From positions 224,001 to 288,000 of the forward strand of contig JANOQI010000062.1 in assembly GCA_031414775.1 (NCBI GenBank): a DNA stretch of 64,000 nt, read 5' to 3'. Origin of the DNA: Synechococcales cyanobacterium VAR_4_metabat_354 (GTDB taxonomy: Bacteria; Cyanobacteriota; Cyanobacteriia; Cyanobacteriales; Chamaesiphonaceae). Below the pieces are notes generated by a model. The model was given only the letters and a program-made list of their open reading frames with translations, was not told where the DNA came from and made no database searches. Positions 9,943 to 25,378 of this stretch are shown one piece after another. Within the stretch, counting starts at the first letter, position 1. Each line of letters begins with the position of its first letter. The translations under genes and the position numbers were made by a program.

Positions 9943-10566
9943 TTATCCCCTACGGCTATCGAGCTTGGCGTACACCGCCCGCAGATCCACATGATGATGA
10001 GCCAATGCCACTAGGGCATGATAAAGCAAGTCAGCAACTTCGCCCGCAATCTCATCTGGTTGGTCATCCTTACAGGCCATCACCACTTCGGCGGATTCTT
10101 CACCGATCTTTTTTAGAATTTTATTATCGCCACCGGCAAATAAGCTGGCGGTATAAGAACCCACCACCGGATTTTCTCTTCGATCGACAATCACCTCATA
10201 TAGATTGGAAAGAGTATCAGCCGGGGGTGCGACTTTACCACCCTCAATTTGATGAAAACAACTGCGTTCGCCAGTATGGCAAGCTACATCCCCCACTTGT
10301 TCGACAGTCACTAGCAAAGCATCACTATCGCAGTCATAGCGCAAACTTTTGACCTTTTGCAAATGTCCAGAGGTTGCTCCTTTATGCCAAAACTCCTGCC
10401 GCGATCTGCTCCAAAACCAGGTCTCGCCGGTTTCGATTGTCTTTAGTAATGATGCCCGATTCATCCAAGCCATCATTAATACTGTACCGTCCAAGTAATC
10501 TTGAACAATTGCCGGGACTAGTCCCTGGTCATCGTACTTAATAGCATCAACAGGAATGGTCATCAT
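9943..10566 (-). CDS. hisIE: Bifunctional phosphoribosyl-AMP cyclohydrolase / phosphoribosyl-ATP pyrophosphatase
   Basis: [38 protein letters not shown] and ADLLYH motifs. Confidence 0.96.
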   Translation of the reverse strand: MMTIPVDAIKYDDQGLVPAIVQDYLDGTVLMMAWMNRASLLKTIETGETWFWSRSRQEFWHKGATSGHLQKVKSLRYDCDSDALLVTVEQVGDVACHTGERSCFHQIEGGKVAPPADTLSNLYEVIVDRRENPVVGSYTASLFAGGDNKILKKIGEESAEVVMACKDDQPDEIAGEVADLLYHALVALAHHHVDLRAVYAKLDSRRG

Positions 10567-10709
10567 AGTTTTGAGATAGGTAAAAATATTATCGACGAAA
10601 TTAGGCAGTAACTTGCGTATTAATACTGAATCTGGTGAAGGTCAGCCTGGGTATTATCCACTAGGTAAGGTTTAGTCTTGCCAATATTTTGATTATGGTG
10701 TACTAGTGA

Positions 10710-12674
10710 ATGAGAAAATTCAAGCTAAATTTTAAATATACTCAATTCTATTACTACGTTGCAATACTCAATTTTGGTGTGTTAGGAGCTAGTTTATATT
10801 CGAGTCATACCTCATTCAAGCAGTACGCCTCACCGACATTATATATAAGTAGTCTATTACAGTTGATCATGGTCATTGCTACTGCATTTGCTGTGATAGT
10901 TATTCATAATGATATCAATAATAGAAATCAGACTGAAAAAAAAATTAATAGCCTCAAAATGGGAGAAGAACAACTATTACATCTCAAGCAAAAGCTGGAA
11001 AGTAAAGTTAAAAAACGTACTCTGGCTCTTCAATCTATTAATGATCGACTAACTGATGAAATTCGAGAACGCAAGCTGATGGAAAGTTTGTTAGCACATC
11101 ATGTCAAAATTGCAGATGAAGCTCGGGAACGAGCCGAAGATGCCAACCGCACCAAGAGTGAATTCTTAGCAAATATGAGTCATGAATTGCGCACGCCCCT
11201 GAACGCCATTATTGGCTATAGTGAAATATTAGAAGAAGACGCTGAAGACAATGGTCAAAAAGAGCTAACTCGCGACCTACAAAAAATTCGCAATGCGGGG
11301 AAGCATCTCCTGAATTTGATTAATGATGTACTCGACTTAGCCAAGATCGAATCTGGTAAAATGAGTCTATACTTTGAATCTTTTGACATTGCCAAGCTGG
11401 CTCAAGAAGTTGTGAATACAGTTCAACCAGTGTGTACAAAAAACAATAACAAAATCATCTTAGACTGTGCTAGTAATGTAGGATTGATGCGTAGTGACTT
11501 AACTAAAGTTCAGCAAAGCTTGTTCAACCTTTTGAGTAATGCCAGCAAATTCACTCATGCTGGCCACATCAAATTAAGTATCACTAAAGAAGTATCTAAA
11601 AAGAGTAATGGTCAAGGAGGAAAAATTATTTCTTTCAAAGTAAGCGATACTGGTATCGGTATGAAGCCAGAGCAACTAAAAAAGCTTTTTCAGGCATTTT
11701 CTCAAGCCGATAATTCTACAACTCGTAAATATGGAGGAACTGGTCTAGGATTAGCTATAACTAAGCAGTTCACTACCATGATGAAAGGTGAAATTATGGT
11801 GGAAAGTGAATATGGGAAAGGTTCTACTTTCACCTTGAATCTTCCCCAAATTGCTCAACAATTCGAAGAAGATATTGCTAGTAATATTGATGAAACTATT
11901 ACTCCCTCAGGTATTTTTAATTCGCACTATACCAAAACAGTATTAGTGATTGATGATAACCATAATGATCGCCGCTTCTTACATCGTTATCTTACTGGTG
12001 AAGGTTACAATGTGGCTCTAGCAACTAACGGTCAGCAGGGATTACAAATGGCTCTCGAAATAGTGCCTGACTTAATTACACTCGATGTGATGATGCCTGA
12101 AATGGACGGCTGGGAAACATTAGTACGTCTTAAAAATAATCCTAAACTGGCTCATATTCCAGTGGTAATGAGTAGCATTATTGAAGATCGTCATCTGGCT
12201 CAGACTTTAGGAGCCGTTGATTATTTGATTAAACCAGTTGATAAACAGCGATTAGTTAACGTGCTCGATAAACATATCACCAGAAATGAAGGCTGTATTC
12301 TGGTGGTGGAAGACGATAAGGATTCCCGAGAAATGCTGTGCCGGATACTGATGCAAGAAGGCTGGAGTGTACAACCTGCCGCCAATGGACTCAAGGCGAT
12401 CGAATGTATCAAAGCCGAGCAACCGCTGCTGATTCTTTTAGATCTAATGATGCCAGAGATGGATGGTTTCGAGGTCATTAAAACAGTGCGCCATAATCCA
12501 GACTGGTATAATATCCCGATCATTGTAGTAACTGCGATGGATTTAACTACTGTTGAACACAGCCTTTTGGCTGAACAAGTTACGAACATTTTTCAAAAAG
12601 GCAAATACAATAAACAACAGCTGATCACCGAAGTGCAAGCACTAGTTGAACAGTTTACTTATTCAAGCATTTAA
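10710..12674 (+). CDS. Membrane-anchored hybrid sensor histidine kinase with two receiver domains
   Basis: Two N-terminal hydrophobic segments, [36 protein letters not shown], two LDxMMPEMDG receivers. Confidence 0.93.
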   Translation: MRKFKLNFKYTQFYYYVAILNFGVLGASLYSSHTSFKQYASPTLYISSLLQLIMVIATAFAVIVIHNDINNRNQTEKKINSLKMGEEQLLHLKQKLESKVKKRTLALQSINDRLTDEIRERKLMESLLAHHVKIADEARERAEDANRTKSEFLANMSHELRTPLNAIIGYSEILEEDAEDNGQKELTRDLQKIRNAGKHLLNLINDVLDLAKIESGKMSLYFESFDIAKLAQEVVNTVQPVCTKNNNKIILDCASNVGLMRSDLTKVQQSLFNLLSNASKFTHAGHIKLSITKEVSKKSNGQGGKIISFKVSDTGIGMKPEQLKKLFQAFSQADNSTTRKYGGTGLGLAITKQFTTMMKGEIMVESEYGKGSTFTLNLPQIAQQFEEDIASNIDETITPSGIFNSHYTKTVLVIDDNHNDRRFLHRYLTGEGYNVALATNGQQGLQMALEIVPDLITLDVMMPEMDGWETLVRLKNNPKLAHIPVVMSSIIEDRHLAQTLGAVDYLIKPVDKQRLVNVLDKHITRNEGCILVVEDDKDSREMLCRILMQEGWSVQPAANGLKAIECIKAEQPLLILLDLMMPEMDGFEVIKTVRHNPDWYNIPIIVVTAMDLTTVEHSLLAEQVTNIFQKGKYNKQQLITEVQALVEQFTYSSI

Positions 12675-12682
12675 CTTTGATT

Positions 12683-13057
12683 ATGGCTAAAATTTTAATC
12701 GTCGAAGATAACGAACTTAATTTAGATATGTTGGTGCGGCGTTTAGTCCGGAAGGGCTATGAAGTGGTTAGTGCGGTGGATGGTGAGCAAGGTTTATCGA
12801 TGACCACCACTGAACAACCCGATCTGGTTTTGATGGATATGAGCTTGCCTGGTATGGATGGTTGGGAAGCAACCCGCCGCATTAAAGCCGATCCGGCCAT
12901 TCAGTCGATCCCCGTGATTGCCTTAACAGCTCATGCCATGGTTGGCGATCGAGAAAAAGCTCTGCGAGCAGGCTGTGATGACTATGACACTAAACCAGTC
13001 GAATTTCAGAGACTATTAGAAAAAATGGAAAATCTCTTGGTGAAGGTTTCTCAATAG
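12683..13057 (+). CDS. Single-domain response regulator (CheY/DivK-like)
   Basis: ILIVEDN, LMDMSLPGMDG, IALTAHA and TKP motifs. Confidence 0.93.
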   Translation: MAKILIVEDNELNLDMLVRRLVRKGYEVVSAVDGEQGLSMTTTEQPDLVLMDMSLPGMDGWEATRRIKADPAIQSIPVIALTAHAMVGDREKALRAGCDDYDTKPVEFQRLLEKMENLLVKVSQ

Positions 13058-14163
13058 GCGTCGGTCTGAGGGCTGTCTAGATACCCTTGCATAAGCATAT
13101 CTGCACCAATTTGCCGCCAAGTTACCCTTTTTAAATTTAAAGCATTGTTCATTTTTAAGATGTCCAGATTTCCTACTGGCGTAGCTGCTGCTTGACCACC
13201 CACAATTTTAGGTGCAATAAAAGTTAAAACCTTTTGAATGGCTCCTTGCCGAATGGCTTCTGCTGCCAATGTACCGCCACATTCCCACAGTACTGACAAG
13301 AAACCGCGATCGAATAAATATTTCATCACCGCAGCTGGATCAAGTTGTTCTAAAATGACAATTTCGACTCCTTGATCGCGCAAAACTTTTTGAAGAGACG
13401 GATTGGTATCTAGGGCGGTAATCACTGCGGTTGGAGCGATCGATGTATCCCATAAATGAGCAGCTGTGGGCAGATCCAGGCGACGACTTAATACTACTCG
13501 CAAGGGATTATGCTGACCGGCTCCGTGGCTGGTGAGTAATGGATTATCGCAACGCAGGGTATTGCCCCCGGTTACAATCGCGTCACAAGTAGACCTTAAT
13601 TGATGAACATAGTGTCGTGATTCTGGACTACTGACCCAAGCACTATGGCCGGTTTGGGTCGCAATTTTGCCATCGATCGTCATGGCATATTTAAGAATGC
13701 CGAGGGGGCGCTGATATCGCATCCGGTGGATAAAGCCCTCGTTGAGTTGCTCGCAAGCCGCCGTTTCTACACCAGTAACTACTTCGATGCCCGCATGGCG
13801 TAATCGATCAATCCCACCACCAGCCACCAAGGGATTGGGATCGACCATCCCGATCACCACTTTTTTGATGCCGGCGGCAATTATTGCTTCGGTACAGGGT
13901 GGCGTGCGACCGTGATGATTACAAGGTTCTAAGCTGACATAGATAGTGGCATCTTGAGCATTGGTTCCAGCGGCACCCAGCGCAAAAACTTCAGCATGAG
14001 GCTGGCCAGCGCAGGGATGCCAGCCTTCGCCAACAATGTTACCGTTCTGGACGATGACAGCCCCCACCATTGGATTAGGAGCTGTTTGGCCTTGGGCTTT
14101 TTGAGCTAGAGCAAGACAGCGTTGCATGATCTGTCGATCGAATTCGGTGGGAAGGTAGCTCAC
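13051..14163 (-). CDS. ribD: Riboflavin biosynthesis deaminase/reductase RibD
   Basis: PNPMVG, HAE, LEPCNHHGRTPPC, KYAMTIDGKIA and WECGG motifs. Confidence 0.96.
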   Translation of the reverse strand: MSYLPTEFDRQIMQRCLALAQKAQGQTAPNPMVGAVIVQNGNIVGEGWHPCAGQPHAEVFALGAAGTNAQDATIYVSLEPCNHHGRTPPCTEAIIAAGIKKVVIGMVDPNPLVAGGGIDRLRHAGIEVVTGVETAACEQLNEGFIHRMRYQRPLGILKYAMTIDGKIATQTGHSAWVSSPESRHYVHQLRSTCDAIVTGGNTLRCDNPLLTSHGAGQHNPLRVVLSRRLDLPTAAHLWDTSIAPTAVITALDTNPSLQKVLRDQGVEIVILEQLDPAAVMKYLFDRGFLSVLWECGGTLAAEAIRQGAIQKVLTFIAPKIVGGQAAATPVGNLDILKMNNALNLKRVTWRQIGADMLMQGYLDSPQTDAY

Positions 14164-14230
14164 TAAAAATATCAGTATGGAATTTTGCTTTCTTCACTTT
14201 AACAGGAGGTTCTGTCAAAGATTGATCAAA

Positions 14231-14269
14231 AACAAAACCCCAGTTCCTTTTAGTAACTGGGGTTTTGTT
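14231..14269 (-). terminator. Rho-independent terminator of psbB-psbT
   Basis: AACAAAACCCCAGTT...AACTGGGGTTTTGTT inverted repeat. Confidence 0.85.
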
Positions 14270-14277
14270 AGAAAAAA

Positions 14278-14382
14278 TTAATCTTTTTTCCGAGGAATAC
14301 GCGGCGGTTCCCGAAACGTAATGGCAAAGAAGATTACTCCTAATGCCAACGCTGTTACCAAGATGTAAATAGTAGCTTCCAT
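14278..14382 (-). CDS. psbT: Photosystem II reaction centre protein T (absent from ORF track)
   Basis: Manual translation [34 protein letters not shown]; lies directly downstream of psbB. Confidence 0.95.
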   Translation of the reverse strand: MEATIYILVTALALGVIFFAITFREPPRIPRKKD

Positions 14383-14461
14383 GATTAATACTATGTAAGA
14401 ACTTTGTCAGAACTTTTTTGAGTTATCGGGCAAAGAGTTTACTCTCTACCCGATTTAGCAA

Positions 14462-15991
14462 TTAACCTTCAGATTTCAGCGTAGTGGTATCACCCAACTT
14501 CGCATACTTACCAAATTCGATTTGCTCTTCGATGCCCTCTTCTACCCCAGCGAATACGTCGCGGTAGATAGTCCGAGCACCATGCCACAAGTGGCCAAAG
14601 AAGAACAAGAGAGCAAATACAGCATGGCCAAAAGTAAACCAGCCACGGGGGCTAGTCCGAAATACACCATCAGAACTTAGCTTCTCGCGATCGAATTCAA
14701 AGATTTCGCCGCCTTGAGCCTTCCGGGCATACTGCTTAACCTGAGAGGCTTCTTTGAAGGTTTGACCATTCAAAGCACCACCGTAGAAAGTCGCAGTTAC
14801 ACCAGCTTGTTCAAAGCTGTACTTTGATTCTGCCCGCCGGAAAGGAATGTCAGCACGGACAATACCTTCCGAGTCAGTCATGATCACAGGGAAAGTTTCA
14901 AAGAAGTTAGGTAAGCGCCGGACCGTTAAAGACCGACCTTCACCATCCTTAAATACGGGGTGACCCGCCCAAGATTCAGCAATACCATCACCCTTGTCCA
15001 TAGCACCAGTTCGGAACAAACCGCCTTTAGCGGGGCTGTTGCCAACATAGTCAAAGAAAGCAAGTTTATCGGGAATCGCCTGCCAAGCTTCCGCTTCGCT
15101 CTTGCCACTGTTGATGTCACCCTGTACCCGGCGTTGAATTTCCTGGGTAAAGTAGCCACCATCCCACTGATAGCGAGTTGGGCCAAAGAGTTCGATCGGA
15201 GTGGTCGCACTCCCATACCACATGGTGCCAGCCACAATAAAAGCAGCAAAGAACACTGCTGCAATACTAGAAGACAACACAGTTTCGATGTTGCCCATCT
15301 TGAGTGCCTTGTAGAGACGCTCTGGTGGTCGCACAGTTAAGTGGAACAGACCAGCAATAATCCCCACCGTGCCAGCAGCGATGTGATGAGCTACTACGCC
15401 CCCCGGATTAAAAGGGTTAAAACCGGCTGGTCCCCACTCTGGAGCCACAGCCTGAACGTGTCCAGTCAAACCATACGGGTCAGATACCCACATCCCCGGA
15501 CCGAATAGACCGGTGAGATGAAATGCCCCAAATCCAAAACAGAGTAAACCAGATAGGAACAGGTGAATCCCAAACATTTTGGGCAAGTCCAAGGCGGGTT
15601 CACCAGTGCGTGGATCCTTGAATAAATCTAGATCCCAATATACCCAGTGCCAAATAGCAGCCAGGAACAATAAACCAGAAAGAATAATATGAGCGGCAGC
15701 AACGCCTTCAAACGACCAGTAACCAACGTCAGTAGCTGATTCACCAGGAACGATACTCCAGCCTCCCCACGACTTGGTAACACCCAAGCGTGCCATGAAT
15801 GGCAGCACAAACATTCCTTGTCGCCACATCGGATTGAAGATCGGATCACTAGGGTCAAAGGTTGTTAACTCAAAGAGAGCCATCGAACCAGCCCAGCCTG
15901 CTACGAGAGCAGTGTGCATTAAATGTACAGAAATCAGCCGACCTGGATCGTTCAGGACTACTGTGTGTACTCGATACCAGGGTAGTCCCAT
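14462..15991 (-). CDS. psbB: Photosystem II CP47 protein
   Basis: [28 protein letters not shown]-terminus; 509 aa. Confidence 0.99.
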   Translation of the reverse strand: MGLPWYRVHTVVLNDPGRLISVHLMHTALVAGWAGSMALFELTTFDPSDPIFNPMWRQGMFVLPFMARLGVTKSWGGWSIVPGESATDVGYWSFEGVAAAHIILSGLLFLAAIWHWVYWDLDLFKDPRTGEPALDLPKMFGIHLFLSGLLCFGFGAFHLTGLFGPGMWVSDPYGLTGHVQAVAPEWGPAGFNPFNPGGVVAHHIAAGTVGIIAGLFHLTVRPPERLYKALKMGNIETVLSSSIAAVFFAAFIVAGTMWYGSATTPIELFGPTRYQWDGGYFTQEIQRRVQGDINSGKSEAEAWQAIPDKLAFFDYVGNSPAKGGLFRTGAMDKGDGIAESWAGHPVFKDGEGRSLTVRRLPNFFETFPVIMTDSEGIVRADIPFRRAESKYSFEQAGVTATFYGGALNGQTFKEASQVKQYARKAQGGEIFEFDREKLSSDGVFRTSPRGWFTFGHAVFALLFFFGHLWHGARTIYRDVFAGVEEGIEEQIEFGKYAKLGDTTTLKSEG

Positions 15992-16322
15992 TGACTACAC
16001 GCCTCCTCGAAGTTAATAAAGTGTCTAATGTTGAGATTTTTATATAGCAGTGATTGATGCTGCGATTTCATAGCTTATGTTAATCTTCTTCTGCCTTTAG
16101 AATCAAGGCCAACCCTACAGTTGACAGAAGTTTACTGGCCATTTAGCAAGGTCTAATCGCACAGCACAGTTCAGCCTATTGAGTTTGAACAGTTTCCAGA
16201 TTTCTTGAGCGAACTTTACAAAAATTCACAAATTTCACATTTCTTTGCTAGTACTCCCAACAAGCACCGTTATGATGGAGAGTAGAAGTAAAGATTCCCA
16301 AAGATTGAGGAAGATTAGAGTT

Positions 16323-16535
16323 ATGGGCGAAGCAAAACGGCGCAAACAGCAAATTGGTGAAGACTATGGCCAAGAAGCTCGCATTGTTTCTTGGTTACCG
16401 CTTACAACTAGTCAAGCTTCAAAGTTTGTTAAAATCACCACCACAGGTGCCTGGACAGGAATAACAGTACTAGTATTACTGTGGATTGCGGTACGTTTGA
16501 TCGGACCAACCGCTGGTTGGTGGACGACTCAGTGA
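16323..16535 (+). CDS. DUF2839 family cyanobacterial membrane protein
   Basis: MGEAKRRK start and WIAVRLIGPTAGWW end. Confidence 0.85.
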   Translation: MGEAKRRKQQIGEDYGQEARIVSWLPLTTSQASKFVKITTTGAWTGITVLVLLWIAVRLIGPTAGWWTTQ

Positions 16536-16741
16536 ACATTTTTTGCGGATAGCCTTTAGACTACTGCTACGATCGAATGCTGGACATTACCTAAATCAAT
16601 TGGCCATCTTGGTTCAAAGTAAGTTTCAGGAATTGACACACGAATCGATGTTTTAATCCTTACGATTTTTGAACGAAGGAATATTAAAAAATAATTAAGG
16701 TTATAATCAAAGTCTGTAAAGGTGTATTGAGGAAATTCTTA

Positions 16742-17068
16742 ATGTTTGGAAGATTGGCAAATCAGCACCGCGAACTAGTCAAAGACCTAGTAATGAATCT
16801 CCAAGCGCTGTCCATCGTCTTGGAGAAAAAGGGTTACCTGACGGCTTGGTACACCTGTGGTGCCGAGTTAAACAGTGCCTCTTTTATGGTGAGCTTGACT
16901 GACGGGCACCAAATCCGATTCTTAGTCTCAGACTATGGCATCACCTGGACAGAAATTCGGGACGACCGGGAACTCATGAAGTTAGAAGGCGCAGAAGCTA
17001 TCAATCAGCTCCAAGAACTGGCTGCCTTGGTCAAGGTCGTTGAGCTGGCACCTACTTGTGCCAAATAA
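16742..17068 (+). CDS. DUF1815 family protein
   Basis: MFGRLANQHRELVKDLVMNLQAL...IRFLVSDYGITWTE...KLEGAEAI. Confidence 0.85.
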   Translation: MFGRLANQHRELVKDLVMNLQALSIVLEKKGYLTAWYTCGAELNSASFMVSLTDGHQIRFLVSDYGITWTEIRDDRELMKLEGAEAINQLQELAALVKVVELAPTCAK

Positions 17069-17168
17069 ATACAGTTCAGCTATTTAGTAAGTATATTGAT
17101 GCCAATTCCTTACTATTGATTTAGTATCGGAAATGGCAATTCTATAGATATTATCCCCAGTCGCATTA

Positions 17169-18062
17169 ATGCAACCATATATGGCTTCGCTTCAGGCCGG
17201 ATGGCAACACCAGTTTGTTGAAACCAACAACATTCGCCTGCACTGTGTTACCCAAGGAGAAGGCGAATTAATTGTTCTACTCCACGGGTTTCCTGAGTTT
17301 TGGTATTCTTGGCGACATCAAATCCCAGTCTTGGCTAGGCATTTTAAGGTGGTAGTCCCAGACCTGCGCGGCTACAATTATTCTGATAAACCGGCTAGCG
17401 GCTACGATCTAGATACCCTAAGCAACGATATTATGGGTTTGATCAAGTCTTTGGGATACGCCAAAGCACATATTGTTGGACATGATTGGGGTGGGGTGAT
17501 CGCTTGGCACCTAGCCCAAAATTTTCCCCAAGTGCTGAATCGACTGGCTATTTTAAATGCTCCCCATCCCCAACAATTTGTGCAGGAGATGGGTACTAAC
17601 TTTGATCAGTTGCGCCGCAGCTGGTACGTGCTCGCTTTCCAGATTCCGGGCATTCCAGAATGGCTAATTCAGCAAAATATCAAAGACTTTGTATTGAAAG
17701 TCTTTCGTGGTCAGGCTGTCCGGAAGGGAGCCTTCAGCGCGGAAGATAATCAGATCTATCAAGAGGCTCTGGAAAAGCCCGGGGCGTTGGCAGCGGCCTT
17801 GAACTATTACCGTAATTTATTGGCTCCTCAAAATTGGCTGGGCAACTGGAATAGCTCCTTGCCGCTAATTACTGTCCCCACTTTGGTCTTGTGGGGTGAA
17901 GAAGACAATATGCTCAGTAACCGGCTGACTGAAGGGATGTCTAAACTTGTAAATGCTTCTTTTCGGTTGAAGTTAATCCCTCAATGCGGCCATTGGATTC
18001 AACAAGAAGTCCCCCAAACGGTCAACCGTGAGCTAGTTAATTTCTTTTGCACCACGGCCTAA
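17169..18062 (+). CDS. Alpha/beta hydrolase (epoxide hydrolase-like)
   Basis: HGFPE, DLRGY, GHDWG and GHW motifs. Confidence 0.92.
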   Translation: MQPYMASLQAGWQHQFVETNNIRLHCVTQGEGELIVLLHGFPEFWYSWRHQIPVLARHFKVVVPDLRGYNYSDKPASGYDLDTLSNDIMGLIKSLGYAKAHIVGHDWGGVIAWHLAQNFPQVLNRLAILNAPHPQQFVQEMGTNFDQLRRSWYVLAFQIPGIPEWLIQQNIKDFVLKVFRGQAVRKGAFSAEDNQIYQEALEKPGALAAALNYYRNLLAPQNWLGNWNSSLPLITVPTLVLWGEEDNMLSNRLTEGMSKLVNASFRLKLIPQCGHWIQQEVPQTVNRELVNFFCTTA

Positions 18063-18565
18063 TTCTTGGCTTTGAAATCGCTGGGACTAGTGCGCATTGG
18101 TGCCTCCTGGCTCCAGATCCCCACTCCTGTTAGTCGGGCATAGGCTTGGGCTTGCACCAACTGTTTTTCATACTGGGGGCTGGCATACTTGATGGCAGCT
18201 AGGGCATGGCCTTCTCTAATGAGTTGTTCGTTTATTAGTAGGTTGTTTTGCCACAGATAGCCATATTGACGGCTGTCGGTAGCAGTGGTTTTCGTCTCGC
18301 TGGTTTCTAACTCCAGCCAAAATCGATGGTTGTGCTGTTGAATAATGGCATCCAATCGTTCCTTGGCAGCATTGCCCCAGGGTTTTTGTTCCCAACTGGG
18401 GGCATCTAGACCGACCAATCGTACTCGTTGTTTGCCAGAGAGTTCGATCGTATTGCCACTGATTGCTCGATCGACTTGCACTAAAGTCTTGACTGGTGGA
18501 ATGGTAGCAGATTGGCACGCTCCTAATAGCAAGCACAGGCCAATCATAATCATATTAGTCTTCAT
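18059..18565 (-). CDS. Thermonuclease (SNase) family lipoprotein
   Basis: LLGAC lipobox, VRLVGLDAP, INEQLIREGHA, AR...GIWS; some catalytic positions look divergent. Confidence 0.8.
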   Translation of the reverse strand: MKTNMIMIGLCLLLGACQSATIPPVKTLVQVDRAISGNTIELSGKQRVRLVGLDAPSWEQKPWGNAAKERLDAIIQQHNHRFWLELETSETKTTATDSRQYGYLWQNNLLINEQLIREGHALAAIKYASPQYEKQLVQAQAYARLTGVGIWSQEAPMRTSPSDFKAKN

Positions 18566-18926
18566 CCAATGGTAAGCGCCGTTTGATTTTGCCTCTGCCG
18601 AAATATTGCCCAAACTGCTGTTCATAAACTTCGTCTTCGTCTTGGGTTTCTACTACTAGGTCGGAATGGGCATAGCTGACGCAAAGCAAGGCATAGCCCT
18701 GGGCTTGGAGTTGGGGCGATAGACCCATGGCATCGGGTTGAGTTAGGTGCCCAGACTTGACCCGCACAGCACAAGCTGTACAGGCTCCTTGCCGACAAGA
18801 AAAAGGCAGTTCGGCTCCTTGGAACTCCGCACTGTGCAAAATATATCGATCGGGTGACGATTGGACAACATACTCCAAATTGCGCTGTCGATCGATAATC
18901 GTAACGCGGTAAGTCTGCTCAGACAT
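18555..18926 (-). CDS. Plant-type 2Fe-2S ferredoxin with C-terminal extension
   Basis: LPFSCRQGACTAC...LLC and EDEVYEQQFG tail. Confidence 0.92.
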   Translation of the reverse strand: MSEQTYRVTIIDRQRNLEYVVQSSPDRYILHSAEFQGAELPFSCRQGACTACAVRVKSGHLTQPDAMGLSPQLQAQGYALLCVSYAHSDLVVETQDEDEVYEQQFGQYFGRGKIKRRLPLDED

Positions 18927-19116
18927 GGAGGCGGGATCAAAAACGATGAATCCCCATAGTAGGTCTTAACTCCACAGACGGCAATGCCTAGGTTTGGGGT
19001 CTGGTTTCCGAAGGCGGCTTTGCTGATAAGATTAAGAGTGCGGCAATTTACAGCATTAGCTCGTGGCCGTTAGTTATCTAAACATCGTTGAAAATCTAGA
19101 CAAGGAACATAAAAAT

Positions 19117-19362
19117 ATGAGCGCTGACGTTTTAGCAAAGGTTCAAGCAGTAGTATCTGAGAAATTAGATGTAGATGCATCCAAAGTCACCCCTGAAGCT
19201 AGCTTTGCTAATGATCTTGGAGCCGACTCCCTTGATGTGGTCGAGCTAGTAATGGCGCTGGAAGAAGAGTTTACAGTAGAGATTCCGGACGAAGAAGCAG
19301 AAAAACTGCAAACCGTTCAAGATGTGGTGAACTACATCAACACTAAAACTGCTAAAGGCTAA
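19117..19362 (+). CDS. acpP: Acyl carrier protein
   Basis: [20 protein letters not shown]. Confidence 0.97.
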   Translation: MSADVLAKVQAVVSEKLDVDASKVTPEASFANDLGADSLDVVELVMALEEEFTVEIPDEEAEKLQTVQDVVNYINTKTAKG

Positions 19363-19450
19363 CAATGGTTGAGGATAGGTACATTAAGTTGGTCTATCTA
19401 TCCAAGCCATTGCCTCATAATTTGTATTTTTGATCTCACTCTCTAGCACC

Positions 19451-20704
19451 ATGGCAAATTCAGACCGCAAACGTGTTGTTGTAACCGGTTTAGGCGCAAT
19501 TACTCCCATCGGCATTACTTTAGATGAATATTGGGCTGGTTTGACCAGTAGTAAAAGCGGCATTGGACCGATTACTTTATTCGATGCAGCTCGGCATGAT
19601 TGCCGGATTGCTGGAGAAGCGAAGGGTTTTGACCCGTTGCAATATTTGGAAAGGAAAGAAGCTAAGCGCATGGACAGGTTCGCGCAGTTTGCGGTGTGTG
19701 CTAGTAAACAGGCGATCGCTGACGCTGGACTGAAAATTACGGAAGTGAATGCCCCCGATGTTGGGGTAATTATTGGTACTGGTGTTGGCGGCATCAAGGT
19801 TTTAGAAGATCAGCAAGAGATTTATCTGACCAAAGGACCTAATCGTTGTAGTCCGTTCATGATTCCCATGATGATTGGCAACATGGCCGCAGGTTTAGTA
19901 GCTATTCAACTGGGTGCTAAAGGCCCCAACTGCTGTACAGTCACGGCTTGCGCGGCGGGTAGTAATGCGATCGGAGAAGCCTTCCGGATCATTCAAGGGG
20001 GCTATGCCAAAGCGATGATTTGTGGGGGGGCAGAATCGGCCATTACGCCGCTGGGCATTGCTGGTTTTGCTGCTTGTAAGGCAGTTTCGACCTGTAATGA
20101 TGACCCAGATCACGCTTCGCGGCCTTTCGATATTAAGCGCGATGGCTTTGTGATGGGTGAAGGCTCCGGCATTTTGGTGCTTGAAGAATTGCAACATGCG
20201 ATCGATCGAGGCGCGAAGATTTATGCCGAAGTCGCTGGTTATGGCATGACCTGTGATGCCTACCACATGACAGGCCAGATCCCTGGCGGAGTCGAAGCGG
20301 CTCGTGCCATGGCTTTAGCCTTAAAGGATGCCGGGGTAGAACCGAGTGCAGTGGATTATATTAATGCCCATGGCACCAGCACCCCCATTAATGACCCTAC
20401 CGAGACAGCAGCGATCAAAAAAACTCTGGGCGACCATGCCCGAAAAGTGGCGATTAGCTCGACCAAATCTATGACTGGACATTTACTGGGCGGTGCCGGT
20501 GGCATCGAGGGTGTGGCTTCGGTGCTGGCGATTAAGCACAATATTGCTCCGCCCACGATTAACTTGGTAACTCCTGATCCGGAATGTGATTTGGATTATG
20601 TGCCCAACCACGCTCGATCGATGCCCATTAACGTCGCCATGTCCAACTCTTTTGGCTTTGGTGGTCACAATGTCACTTTAGTATTCAAGAAGTATCAGGA
20701 GTGA
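19451..20704 (+). CDS. fabF: Beta-ketoacyl-ACP synthase II
   Basis: [30 protein letters not shown] and SNSFGFGG; follows acpP. Confidence 0.97.
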   Translation: MANSDRKRVVVTGLGAITPIGITLDEYWAGLTSSKSGIGPITLFDAARHDCRIAGEAKGFDPLQYLERKEAKRMDRFAQFAVCASKQAIADAGLKITEVNAPDVGVIIGTGVGGIKVLEDQQEIYLTKGPNRCSPFMIPMMIGNMAAGLVAIQLGAKGPNCCTVTACAAGSNAIGEAFRIIQGGYAKAMICGGAESAITPLGIAGFAACKAVSTCNDDPDHASRPFDIKRDGFVMGEGSGILVLEELQHAIDRGAKIYAEVAGYGMTCDAYHMTGQIPGGVEAARAMALALKDAGVEPSAVDYINAHGTSTPINDPTETAAIKKTLGDHARKVAISSTKSMTGHLLGGAGGIEGVASVLAIKHNIAPPTINLVTPDPECDLDYVPNHARSMPINVAMSNSFGFGGHNVTLVFKKYQE

Positions 20705-21504
20705 GCAGTCCAGAATCTGGCGATAGACTGTTGCTGACCAGCACTCAAAACCCCCTCGTTAAGCAAATCCGGAGACTGCACAATGCCAAAGAACGGCAGC
20801 AGGAGCAGTTGTTTTTGCTGGAGGGGACGCATTTAATTCAAGAAGCCTGCGCCACTGGTTATCCGCTACATACACTCTGTGCCACCCCTGATTGGCAGGC
20901 AGCGCACCCCGATCTATGGCAGACCGCACCAGCAGATCGTCTGGAGTTGGTAACGGATAAAGTTTTAGCAGCCATGGCTACCACCGTCAATCCGGATGGG
21001 GTAATCGCGATCGCTCCCCGTTTGAAGCTCAATCCGCCACTAATTCCGGGTAACTTGATACTAGCGATTGATCGACTCCAAGATCCTGGCAATTTGGGCA
21101 CGATCATGCGTACCGCCGCCGCCGCCGGGGTTGATGGCTTATGGGTTAGTGGCGATAGCGTCGCTTTAGATCATCCCAAAGTACTGAGAGCTTCGGCTGG
21201 TCAGTGGTTTCGGTTAGCAATGGCCACTAGCAATAATTTACTGGCGGTAGTGGAAAACTACCAGCAGCAAGGTGTGCAAGTAGTCGCCACTGGGATGACA
21301 GCTGCTGTCGATTATTGGCAAGTAGATTTTACTAAACCCACTTTGGTATTACTGGGTAATGAAGGCGGTGGATTATCACCAGAATTAATGGCTAAAGCTG
21401 ATCGGGTGGTGCGTGTACCGATGCAGCCCGGGGTGGAGTCTTTAAATGTGTCGATTACAGCGGCACTCCTCCTTTACGAAGCGAAGCGTCAGCAGGCCCA
21501 ATAG
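20701..21504 (+). CDS. TrmH/SpoU family RNA methyltransferase
   Basis: [18 protein letters not shown] and ESLNV motifs. Confidence 0.92.
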   Translation: MSSPESGDRLLLTSTQNPLVKQIRRLHNAKERQQEQLFLLEGTHLIQEACATGYPLHTLCATPDWQAAHPDLWQTAPADRLELVTDKVLAAMATTVNPDGVIAIAPRLKLNPPLIPGNLILAIDRLQDPGNLGTIMRTAAAAGVDGLWVSGDSVALDHPKVLRASAGQWFRLAMATSNNLLAVVENYQQQGVQVVATGMTAAVDYWQVDFTKPTLVLLGNEGGGLSPELMAKADRVVRVPMQPGVESLNVSITAALLLYEAKRQQAQ

Positions 21505-21785
21505 TCCGAAAAGCAAAGCGATAGTTGCCGACTGTAACAAAGCTTATCTTTTTCTTAATGTTCGATCGATTCCGCTCTAGGATTAACTGCGGGTCTCCGG
21601 CCTGACAGTCTCGATACACTTCTTTACAAAGAAGCTATGGGTGCTGAAAACGTTTTAATCTAAAAGTTAGTTTAGTTTTTTATCTAGACAACCTTTTTTT
21701 CGGGACTAGTAAATTTGCTAGACCCAATTTATGTAAAATCAAGATCGTTTTAGCTCCAGCAGCTAAGTCCAGCTTCACATCCTGA

Positions 21786-25121
<3,336 letters not shown>

Positions 25122-25146
25122 CACTTTCTAACAAACTGGTTTAACT

Positions 25147-25176
25147 AAAGATGGGGCGTATTGCCCCATCTTTTTT
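25147..25176 (+). terminator. Rho-independent terminator after apcE
   Basis: AAAGATGGGGC-GTATT-GCCCCATCTTTTTT. Confidence 0.88.
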
Positions 25177-25197
25177 ATGTAACCTGATGTGTGAAAT

Positions 25198-25275
25198 ATG
25201 TTACAAAAATTTATGTAAGTCGGAGAATACAACATACTTTTTCTTACTGACACGTTAATTACTTAGAGTTAGTCT
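25198..25275 (+). promoter_or_regulatory. Putative promoter with shared ACTTTTTCTYACTGACA motif (copy 1)
   Basis: ACTTTTTCTTACTGACA at 25236-25252; CTGACA-N17-TAGTCT; ATGTTACAAAA 38 bp upstream. Confidence 0.6.
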
Positions 25276-25378
25276 ATCCATATGAACTGTGTATCTACTA
25301 GATAAATTGAATGAGTATTCTTAATGTTACTGATCTAGTCATCATTGTTGATTTATGTCTTCATAGAGGTAACTGGTA